Of a stretch of DNA of 64,000 bases, positions 1 to 8,595 are shown piece after piece. Every line of letters starts with the position of its first letter. The first letter of the stretch is position 1. The DNA is from Thecamonas trahens ATCC 50062 (Eukaryota > Protista > Apusomonadida). Location: contig NW_013657621.1 of NCBI RefSeq assembly GCF_000142905.1, positions 151,123 to 215,122 of the forward strand, given 5' to 3'. A program made the position numbers and the translations under genes. The notes beneath the pieces were generated by a model. That model was not told the DNA's origin and did not search any database. It saw nothing but the letters and a program-made list of their open reading frames with translations.

Positions 1-762
1 GCACATGACCGCGCCCTCGACCCGCGCCATGCAGATGAAGCACCGGAAGAGCTCCTCGATGTTCGACAGTACCGATAGCGCCGCTGCATCGCCGCCCGCC
101 ATCGCCTGCCACCGCTCGCTGCCCCGCTCGACCTCATCCAGCGCGGTGAGCCCACCCGGGACAAGTCCACCTCCCGACGAGCTTGCTGCTGTGCTTCCAG
201 CGGCTGCAACCGGACTACGACCCCCATCGCTATGCCCGTGACCAAGCCTGTACCCGTGACCGAGTATGGGATCATGCACATGGTGGCGGGCACGGTCGTC
301 ATCGTGATCGCGGCCTTGTCCGCCTCCGCGGCCGTGTCCGACTCGGTCCGCGCCTCCGCCTCCCACCCCCGCCACAGCCTCTGCCGCCGCTACGGCCCTC
401 TGCAGCCGTCCACGAACCCCACCAGCGGCGACCTCCGCCCCCGCCGCCACCCCCACCGCGCGTTGCTCTCCACCAGCTCCACCATGACCGACACCGACCC
501 GAGCTCTGTCACCATGACCGACTCGCCTTCCTCCGTCCGTCCCCACCCCCATACCTGTAGTCATGCCCATGTCCATACCCATGCCTGTCGTCATGCCTGT
601 GGCCATGCCTGTGGCCATGCCCTCCCCCATGCCCTCTCGGTCTCCTTCCCGACTGTTCCTTCCACCACCACCACCACCACCACCACCACCACCACCATCA
701 TCACCACCACCGCTCCCGCCACCGCTCCTGCCTCGGACACGACCACTTCGAGAATGCTCCAT
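1..762 (-). CDS. 5' part of a RING-finger E3 ligase, TRIM37-like; runs off the left edge
   Basis: Not in the ORF track because it has no stop in the window. The minus frame is open from 849 to 1 with an ATG at 762. It ends ...LSVLSNIEELFRCFICMARVEGAVMC, matching the TRIM37 N-terminal RING start (IAEVFRCFICMEK...LCP). The long Gly-rich N-terminus makes the start uncertain. Confidence 0.65.
   Translation of the reverse strand, partial: MEHSRSGRVRGRSGGGSGGGDDGGGGGGGGGGGGRNSREGDREGMGEGMATGMATGMTTGMGMDMGMTTGMGVGTDGGRRVGHGDRARVGVGHGGAGGEQRAVGVAAGAEVAAGGVRGRLQRAVAAAEAVAGVGGGGADRVGHGRGGGQGRDHDDDRARHHVHDPILGHGYRLGHGHSDGGRSPVAAAGSTAASSSGGGLVPGGLTALDEVERGSERWQAMAGGDAAALSVLSNIEELFRCFICMARVEGAVMC
662..711. 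repeat. (ACC)n trinucleotide run encoding poly-Gly on the minus strand
   Basis: Seen directly in the sequence. Confidence 0.9.
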
Positions 763-1080
763 GCTGAACACGCCACCAGCAGCTAGCTGATCGTCAACCT
801 CCTCCGTTCTTCCAGCAGCTGTCAAGGATCCTCTCCAACCCTCAGCCTCCTACTCAGTCTCTTCCTCGAGTCAACTGTCTCCAACGCTCCGTCAGAGTCG
901 TCGATGATCATGGTCGTGGTCATCATTGCCGTTGTGGTCGTTCTTGTGGTCTACAGGTTGTTCGCAACGGTGAGTGACACGAGTACGGTATTGGCAGGTA
1001 AGAGCTATCTGTCACAAGCTCCAATGGCCATCCTCCCCACTACCGTGCAACCACTCTACTGCCAGCGTCTGAATGTAGGG

Positions 1081-1081
<1 letters not shown>

Positions 1082-1154
<73 letters not shown>
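1082..1154. repeat. (TG)n microsatellite
   Basis: Perfect TG run in the divergent intergenic region. Confidence 0.97.
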
Positions 1155-1157
<3 letters not shown>

Positions 1158-1732
1158 TAGGTAGACATAGCGGCGCGTACGAGAGTGAGTGCAGTGCGTT
1201 TGAGAGCGAGAGTGTGTGTAGCGTATGCGGGAATGTGTGGTTTAGTAAAATTTTCTCCAACCACCCTCGAACCAATTAACCACTTACATCTGCGGGCCAA
1301 GGTCTTCACATTCCTCCGGCGTGTCCCCACGTGAGAAAAAACCCCACACAGATTGAGTGGACACACGTTTGCGGAGACTGGCCTCCCCCTCCCGCTCACC
1401 CGCACTACTCTCCGTTGCCCCCTCCCCTCCCCCTCCCCCTCCCCACCCCCATCCGCCCCCATCACGGTAGCATCCACCGTGACTTGTCGGCCAGGTAGTC
1501 CCCCTCCCCCCAGTACCAAAAGTTGCAGCAAACGCAATTGACTTTGGCAGCACGCGTCTGCAAGCGCTCCACCACTCGGCACACGGTCTGGACGGCGGGG
1601 GGAGCCATGACCACGGCCAGTGAGCGGAACAAGAGACGGAGATGTACCATTTCCAGCGTATGGAGATTTAAGACCAGTTGCTACAGATCAGCCAAGTTTC
1701 GTGGCCATAGAGTTTCTCTAGCTCTCGTAGGC

Positions 1733-4700
1733 ATGGCTGTCGTTCTCGCCTTCCTCTGCCAGGCGCCAATGGCGGAGGCTAGCTGCGTGTCGCCTTTGCT
1801 CGCACCCGCACCCGCATGGCCACTTGCCGGCGACGCCTCGTTCGGCCCATCGCCACTCGCGGTCATGCCTGACATACCGGCATGTCTTCCAGAGCGAGAG
1901 GCTATTGCTGTGGTGGCCACTACCAGCGCAGACGGCGTGACGGGCGTGCGGCTGGTTGATATCAACAACGACGGCGCGCTCGACGTCATCTCCTACGAGG
2001 AGCTCGACGACTCCATCTCGCTCTTCCTCAACCAGGGCATGGGTGCTGGCCTCGCTCCGAGGGCTGTCATTGGTCCGCCCTCGCCGCCTATCGAGTACGA
2101 TCGCCCGCGGAGTGTGGCCTTTGGCGACATTGACGGTGACTCGCTCGTCGACATGGCCTCGGCGAGCCAGGTTGATGACGCCGTCGGCTGGACCCGCAAT
2201 CTCGGGAGCGGATTGTTTGGCTCGCGGAATGTGGTCTCGCCTGCGGCTGACGGCGCGTCGGGCGTGGCGCTCGCGGATTTGGATGGCGATGGAGATCTCG
2301 ACCTCGCCGCCTGCTCCGCCAACGACGACTCTGTCCGCTGGTGGAGGAACGTCGATGGGAAGGGGAACTTTGTCTTTGTCCAGCTTGTCTCGGCGGCCAC
2401 CGACGGCGCCGCTGACATAGCCGCGGTGGATGTGAATGCTGATGGCGACGTGGACCTTGTTGTTGTCTCGTCGAACGACAACAAGCTAGCCTGGTTCGCT
2501 AACAACGGCTCGTACTTTGGCACCGAGCGCATCATCTCGGCCACGCTCGCCAAACCGGTTGCCCTCGCGGTTGGCGACATGAACGGCGACGGCGTGTTGG
2601 ACCTTGTTGTTGCGTTTGAGAGCGCCAACACCGTCGCCTGGTTTGCCAACTCCCACCCGGCACCAGGCTCCTTCTCGTCGCCGCTCCCGATCACTACCTC
2701 GGCGCTCTCGGTCCGTGGCGTCGCTGTCGGCGATCTCGACACCGACGGCGACCTTGACGTCGCCCTCGCTTCGGACGGCGACCAGACCGTGGCCTGGTTT
2801 GCCAACGCCGATGGTCGTGGTACCTTTGCGACCTCGCCGCGGGTGGTCACCACTGCATACGCTGGCCCGCGCGACGTCGCCATTGGCGACATTGATGGTG
2901 ACGGTAAGGCCGACCTCGCCGCCGTCTTCCGCACGGCAGATACCGTTGCCTGGTTTCCACACGCCGTCGTACCCGGCTCGTTTGCCGCTGGTCCGACATC
3001 CATCGCCACTGCTCTTGACGGCGTCGGCGCCGTCGTCCTAGGCGACCTCGATGCTGACGGCGACCTCGACCTTGTCACCGCCTCGCCGGGCGAGCTGGGT
3101 GTCGCCTGGCGTGCCAACATCGATGGCGACGCAGTTGCTTGGTCCTCGCCGCGTTCCGTCGCACCGTCGCCTCCGGGCACGCATGCACTCGCTCTGGCTG
3201 ACCTCGACGCCGATGGTGACCTAGATTTGGTTCTCGGCTCATCAGAGCCCGGGGCGGCCGCGCTCGGCTACGCGCTCAACGTCGATGGCGTGGGCGGCTT
3301 TGCGCCTGTTGTCGCTCTTGCTTGGAGCGCCAACGCCACTGGTGGCCTCGCGCTCGCCGACTACGATCTCGACGGCGATGTTGACATTGCCGTCTTTGAC
3401 TCGTCGGGCACCACGCTTGTTGTCTTGCTCAACCGCGGAGGCGACGATGGCTTTGGACCAGAGCTTGCTGTTGATACGACCGGCTCGGACATTGCCGCAC
3501 TCGTCGCCGCAGACCTCAACAATGACGCGCTGCCGGACCTTGTCGCTGCCCACGCTGGTGCAGGTGCGGTGTTGTGGTACGCGGCAAGCAACGGAGCCGG
3601 CCTCGCGTTTGTCGCTGCGGCCGTGGTAGCCAACACCGACGTCGCTGGTGCTTCTGCGCTTGCGATCGGAGACGTAGACGGCAACGGCGCGCTTGACGTG
3701 ATTGTCGGCGCGACAACCGACACCACCATTGCTTGGTACGCCAACGCTGGCAACGGGGCGTTTGCGCTTGGCGCCACCGTCGACGCTGGCGCCAGCGACG
3801 TCGCGGTCCTTGCCACTGCCGACCTCGACGCCGACGGCGAGCTCGACATTGTGGCTGGACGTGGCGGCGTTGTCAACACCATGGCCATGTACGCCAACAC
3901 CGGCAACGGTACGAGTTTTGCGGCGGCATCGGTGCTGGTCGCCGGCGTGACGCAGCCGACTGCCGTGTTGGTCGCTGACATCGACGGTGACGGCGACAGA
4001 GACCTTGTGTATACCTCTGCCGGCGCCGACCTTGTTGCCTGGCTACCACAGACGTCGCGAACTGCCTTTGCCGACTATCTCCCGCAGCAGCACGGGCTCG
4101 CGCGAGACGATCCGGCGTGCGCTGTGACATCGAGCTTTGCCTGCGTCACCGCGTCGCTCGGGCGACTCTCGCGCTGCGTCCGCGACACACTGGTCCTACC
4201 TACTGGCAGCTACGGGTGCCGGCGCGACGCGCACGCGCTCGTTACCCGTCCGATAGCGGTGGCATCGGCCGACTGCGCGGCACCGGCGGTGTTCAACTGC
4301 ACGGCTCGTGGAGGTGGGGTGCTCTTCCGCGCGCTAGCGCATCCTTCAGCTGGTGTGCCGACCGTGGGCGATCTCGAGCTGCAGGGCGTGAGCTTGGTGC
4401 GACTCGGAACCGCACAGGTCTCGCCCTTTGGCGCACCAGGCCTGCGTGCCGAGGGCGCCGGCGCGCGGCTTGCTCTGGTGAACGCCTCTGTCAGTGACGC
4501 AACGTCGACGGTGCGACCGGGAGTCTTCTTCTTTGACGAGGGCATCGGTGGCGCAGTGCTTGTCGATGACGGCGCGACCTTTGTCTCGCACCGGACGCTC
4601 TGGGCGAGGTGCACGTCGTCGCGGTTCGGCGGCGCGGTGGCGCTTCGCCGGGCCGGAACGACGGCGGTCGTCTCCGACTCGGTCTTTACCAGCTGCGCGA

Positions 4701-7700
4701 GCGACGGGTCCGGTGGTGCGCTGGCGGTGCTGGCCGGCGTGGCGGTGTCTGCGAACAACACGCGGTTTGTGGGCAACAGCGCGGGCGTAGGCGGTGGCGC
4801 AGTGGCCTTGCTGGAGATCGAGGCGACGCTTGTTGGGCGTGGCCTCGAGTTTGACGGAAACGTGGCTGCCGGTGGGCTCGAGGCCGGCGGTGGCGGCGGC
4901 GCGGTGGCTGTGGTCGGCTCGCGGACGGTGCTTGTGCTGGAGAGCGGATCGCGGGTTGTGAACAACACAGCGAGTCGCGGATGCGGCGGTGGCGTGCTTG
5001 TCCGTAGCTCGGCGTCGCAGGCGCGGGTCTCGCTGCTGGCAACCGCGCTGGTGGGCAATGCAGCGGGCGTGGCTGGCGGAGCGGTAGCGACCCGCGCCGC
5101 GCCGCAGTCGGGCGCTAGCGTGGTGCTGGGCACCGGCAGCTCTGTGGCTCGCTCGCGGGCGACGTTTGGCGGCGCGCTTGCAGCTGTGAGCTCGGCGTAT
5201 CCGTGGCCGAGCTCGTCGTCGCTCGCGAGTGTGGCACGCGGCTTGGCGACGAGCGCAGTTCCGAGCATTGCGTCGATTGCGTTGGTTGACGGCGTAGAGG
5301 TCGGCGAGGCAGAAGCACCCTTTGGCAGTCTTGTGTTTGTCTGCGACGCGGTGATTGAGCTCTCCGGGAGCGTGTTGGCGCCTCGCTCACCTAGTTCCGG
5401 CGGCAGCGCGTTGGCTTGCGCGGCGAGCGGGGTCAACGCGCCAGCGCCACCCAGCGGCTGGCTTGTCGAGTCCGGTATCGGAGCGAGCTTGCTGCGCGTG
5501 ACGCCGCCGACGGCGCTTGTCCCAGATCCGGGTACATTTCCACCAGCGACGGTCTCTGGCTCCCTGTTGGGGGCCGGAAGCATGGGCGTGTTTGACAGCT
5601 ATGGCCAGCGAGTCCGCGACCAGACGCTGGTACTGTTCGCGACGTCAGCAACAGCTGGAGTCGAGGCGAACGGTCTGGAGACTGGGACCGCCGTCAGCAG
5701 CGTGACCGGGAGCGGGGGCCTCGGCGTGCTGCGACTGAGCGCACTGGCGGAGACAATCGGGGACGCACGCGGCGGGCTGCCGAGTGCGATCCAAGTACGA
5801 CTCAGCGGAGCGGTCGGTAGTGAGCCGCCGACAGCGGCAGTGACGGTCAACGTCACGCTCTGCCCGATCGGGTTTGGGGCGGTGTCTTCACCCGGGGCGG
5901 TACTCGAGTGCGGCGCGTGTTCGGACGGGTCGGCGTCGGCGACTGTGTCTGCCGAGCCGTGCGTGGCTGTTCCACCGTGCCCAGCAAACACGTTGCGGCT
6001 GGCCACGACCAACGCCACGGTGGTGGCGCCGTGTCTATGTAAGGAGCGGTTCTGGAGCCCATCGAAACAGGCTGATGTGGAGTGCATAGCGTGCCCGCGT
6101 GGCGGGCTGTGCGATGGTGGGCTGGCGGCGCCTCGGGCTGCGCCCGGGTTCTTCCCCGACGCCACGGATCCGGCGCTCTTTGTCTCGTGCCCGCGGGCAG
6201 AGGCGTGTTTGGGTGACGGGCTGTGTGCATCGGGTTACCGTGCGCGGCTGTGTGCCGAGTGCGAGTCGGACTACTTTAAGCTGTCTGGCTCGTGTCGGCG
6301 GTGTCAGCCTGAGCGCAACGTGGCAATTGTGTTGCTTCTCCTTGCGGGTGTGCTGATGGTGACGACGGTCCTGCTGGGGTTCAATCTCGCCGAGAGTTTG
6401 CGGTACAAGTTTGCAGCGGCGATGATCGGGCTCAATGCGCTGCAGATTTCTGCCATCTACGGCTCGCTCGACTTTGACTGGGGTGAGCTGGCGACGCTGT
6501 ACTTTGACATTGCGTCTGCGGTGAACCTCAACGTAGAGCTGACGAGTCCCGAGTGCGCGTCGGCGTCGGGCACCGACGTCTGGGTTCTCAAGTGGGTGCT
6601 CACACTCCTGCTGCCTCTCTTTGCGGCGATCGTGCTTGTGCCGGTCTGTGGCGTGTTTGCCGGGCTCATTGTCGGCAACGTGTGGTGGCTTGGGAAGAAG
6701 AATCTGGACCAGCTGCGCGGAGCGGCCGGGCGGACGCTCTTCCAGATGATTGTCTTGCTGTACTTGCCGCTGACAAGCGCGTCGCTGGCGCCGTTTGGCT
6801 GCCGCAAGGAGGAGACCGGGCGGTGGGTGCTCGACGCGGATCCAGTGCGGAGCTGCTACAACGAGGCGTGGTGGGGCGGGTTGTTTGTGCCAGGTGTGTT
6901 GGCGACGGCTGTGTACGCGGTGGGGCTACCTGCGGGCGTGGCGATTCTGCTCTCGCGGCGGCGGGCGGCGCTCGATCCGATCTCCTTTGTCCTCCGCTTC
7001 GGCTTTCTTGTGGGGCGGTTTGCCGACGAGGCGTGGTGGTTTGAGGTGGCGATCATGCTCCGCAAGCTCGGTGTTGTGGTCTGCATGACAGCCTTTTTCT
7101 CGAGCGAGGGCAAAGCGTCTGCGGCGGTGCTTGTGCTTGTCGGCTCACTCGGGCAGCTGGTGTATCTGCGGCCGTACCGGTCGACGCTGCACAACCGGTT
7201 GGCGGTGGTTGTTCTCGCTGCGGCATCGCTCATTCTGTACACCGGCATGCTCGACGCGCGGACGCTGCGGATGATAGGAGTGACGATCGGGGTCGTCACC
7301 ATTGTTGCGGCAATTGTAGTCGGCAACGGGCTCGACCTCTACCTCATGGCGCGGCGCGAGAAGGAGATTGAGGAGGATGAGTACTTCAGCTCGGGAACGT
7401 TTCACATGCACGACGGCGGCGAAGTTGAGCTTGGTGGGCTCGGGATGGTGCATTCGATCTCGGGCACCGAGCTCCATAACATGCAGGCGTCGAGCGTGGA
7501 CATTGGGTCGACGCTCTCGACCGCCCCGCTCGTCGAGTCGGCTGCGCCTGCTGCGGCCGGGATGTTTGACTCGCCGCCGACCGAGCCCGAGCCGCCTCCG
7601 GCCCTGCTCTCGTTCAGGCTGCCGCCGCCGATGCCGCATTCGGTGACGTCTTTGGCGCAGCAGTTTGACTCGGTGGATGCAAACAGGTCAAACATCGCCA

Positions 7701-8179
7701 CCGGCGGCTCAGTCTCGTCGACGCCGACGGCCACCGTGGCGATGGCGACCCACGGCGCGCTCGGAACCATCGATCTCGAGTCTTGCGAGTCGGAGACGGC
7801 GCCGCTGTACTCGGTCACTGCTGGCGTGACCCACGCCGAGCTGTCGGATGCCGGCGAGCTGTGCCGACCGCTCGACACGGGACCTACTGCATTGGCGTCT
7901 GCCACCTCGTCAGGCGACTCGTCGTCATCGGGCGCCGACACGCAGGCGTCGACAACATGCGCGGCGACAACGTGCGGCTCGGTGACTGCGCCGTTTGCGT
8001 CGATGAATGACCGTCCACATGTGGCCAGCACGACCGCCAGCACGACCGCCAGCACGACCGCGGGCACCACCACCAGCTCTTCCACCGCCGACCGCCGGCG
8101 AGCCGGAACCACGTCAACAGTATGCAGCACGAACTCGAGCTCAAGCTCGAGCGCAAGCGCAACCACAAGCACATCGTGA
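1733..8179 (+). CDS. Giant membrane protein: signal peptide, 14 FG-GAP/VCBS repeats, GGA-type beta-helix repeats, Cys-rich repeats, about 9-TM TRP-like (Pkd2/Flc-type) domain, Ser/Thr-rich tail
   Basis: Within ORF 1523-8179. ATG 1733 gives a signal-like MAVVLAFLCQAPMAEA (alternative ATG at 1607). 14 DxDxDG motifs; GGA(V/L)...FxxN repeats; CxxC...CPxG motifs; hydrophobic segments with FGFLVGRF-WWFE-LRK and LRPY motifs. Confidence 0.9.
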   Translation: MAVVLAFLCQAPMAEASCVSPLLAPAPAWPLAGDASFGPSPLAVMPDIPACLPEREAIAVVATTSADGVTGVRLVDINNDGALDVISYEELDDSISLFLNQGMGAGLAPRAVIGPPSPPIEYDRPRSVAFGDIDGDSLVDMASASQVDDAVGWTRNLGSGLFGSRNVVSPAADGASGVALADLDGDGDLDLAACSANDDSVRWWRNVDGKGNFVFVQLVSAATDGAADIAAVDVNADGDVDLVVVSSNDNKLAWFANNGSYFGTERIISATLAKPVALAVGDMNGDGVLDLVVAFESANTVAWFANSHPAPGSFSSPLPITTSALSVRGVAVGDLDTDGDLDVALASDGDQTVAWFANADGRGTFATSPRVVTTAYAGPRDVAIGDIDGDGKADLAAVFRTADTVAWFPHAVVPGSFAAGPTSIATALDGVGAVVLGDLDADGDLDLVTASPGELGVAWRANIDGDAVAWSSPRSVAPSPPGTHALALADLDADGDLDLVLGSSEPGAAALGYALNVDGVGGFAPVVALAWSANATGGLALADYDLDGDVDIAVFDSSGTTLVVLLNRGGDDGFGPELAVDTTGSDIAALVAADLNNDALPDLVAAHAGAGAVLWYAASNGAGLAFVAAAVVANTDVAGASALAIGDVDGNGALDVIVGATTDTTIAWYANAGNGAFALGATVDAGASDVAVLATADLDADGELDIVAGRGGVVNTMAMYANTGNGTSFAAASVLVAGVTQPTAVLVADIDGDGDRDLVYTSAGADLVAWLPQTSRTAFADYLPQQHGLARDDPACAVTSSFACVTASLGRLSRCVRDTLVLPTGSYGCRRDAHALVTRPIAVASADCAAPAVFNCTARGGGVLFRALAHPSAGVPTVGDLELQGVSLVRLGTAQVSPFGAPGLRAEGAGARLALVNASVSDATSTVRPGVFFFDEGIGGAVLVDDGATFVSHRTLWARCTSSRFGGAVALRRAGTTAVVSDSVFTSCASDGSGGALAVLAGVAVSANNTRFVGNSAGVGGGAVALLEIEATLVGRGLEFDGNVAAGGLEAGGGGGAVAVVGSRTVLVLESGSRVVNNTASRGCGGGVLVRSSASQARVSLLATALVGNAAGVAGGAVATRAAPQSGASVVLGTGSSVARSRATFGGALAAVSSAYPWPSSSSLASVARGLATSAVPSIASIALVDGVEVGEAEAPFGSLVFVCDAVIELSGSVLAPRSPSSGGSALACAASGVNAPAPPSGWLVESGIGASLLRVTPPTALVPDPGTFPPATVSGSLLGAGSMGVFDSYGQRVRDQTLVLFATSATAGVEANGLETGTAVSSVTGSGGLGVLRLSALAETIGDARGGLPSAIQVRLSGAVGSEPPTAAVTVNVTLCPIGFGAVSSPGAVLECGACSDGSASATVSAEPCVAVPPCPANTLRLATTNATVVAPCLCKERFWSPSKQADVECIACPRGGLCDGGLAAPRAAPGFFPDATDPALFVSCPRAEACLGDGLCASGYRARLCAECESDYFKLSGSCRRCQPERNVAIVLLLLAGVLMVTTVLLGFNLAESLRYKFAAAMIGLNALQISAIYGSLDFDWGELATLYFDIASAVNLNVELTSPECASASGTDVWVLKWVLTLLLPLFAAIVLVPVCGVFAGLIVGNVWWLGKKNLDQLRGAAGRTLFQMIVLLYLPLTSASLAPFGCRKEETGRWVLDADPVRSCYNEAWWGGLFVPGVLATAVYAVGLPAGVAILLSRRRAALDPISFVLRFGFLVGRFADEAWWFEVAIMLRKLGVVVCMTAFFSSEGKASAAVLVLVGSLGQLVYLRPYRSTLHNRLAVVVLAAASLILYTGMLDARTLRMIGVTIGVVTIVAAIVVGNGLDLYLMARREKEIEEDEYFSSGTFHMHDGGEVELGGLGMVHSISGTELHNMQASSVDIGSTLSTAPLVESAAPAAAGMFDSPPTEPEPPPALLSFRLPPPMPHSVTSLAQQFDSVDANRSNIATGGSVSSTPTATVAMATHGALGTIDLESCESETAPLYSVTAGVTHAELSDAGELCRPLDTGPTALASATSSGDSSSSGADTQASTTCAATTCGSVTAPFASMNDRPHVASTTASTTASTTAGTTTSSSTADRRRAGTTSTVCSTNSSSSSSASATTSTS

Positions 8180-8197
8180 CGGCGAGGACCTTTGGGG

Positions 8198-8436
8198 CAT
8201 GGCCAACGATTAATGGGGGAATGACATGGCCAACGATTAATGGGGGAATGACATGGCCAACGATTAATGGGGGAATGACATGGCCAACGATTGGCCAACG
8301 ATAAATGGGGGAATGGCCAACGATAAATGGGGGCATGGCCAACGATTAATGGGGGAATGGCCAACGATTAATGGGGGAATGACATGGCCAACGATTAATG
8401 GGGGAATGACATGGCCAACGATTATTGGGGGCATGA
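8198..8436. repeat. Minisatellite: 10 copies of core TGGCCAACGAT in mostly 22-nt and 27-nt units
   Basis: Cores at 8200, 8227, 8254, 8281, 8292, 8314, 8336, 8358, 8385 and 8412, with small unit variants. Confidence 0.95.
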
Positions 8437-8595
8437 CCAGGAGCAAAGGGGGAGGGGGGAGGAGAGCGTGTTGGTGGTGACGGGCACGGGCACGGGTGCA
8501 CGCACCTGACCCACCCATTAACCCCCCCCCCCCCCCTCTCCTTCCCCCTCCTTCCCTTCCCGTGTTCGTTCTGTGTGTGCAAGTGTGTGGCCACC

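Noticed and set aside
8198-8436. CRISPR array or repeat-peptide ORFs (WPTINGGMT)
   Set aside because: No spacers; the short ORFs are by-products of a minisatellite.
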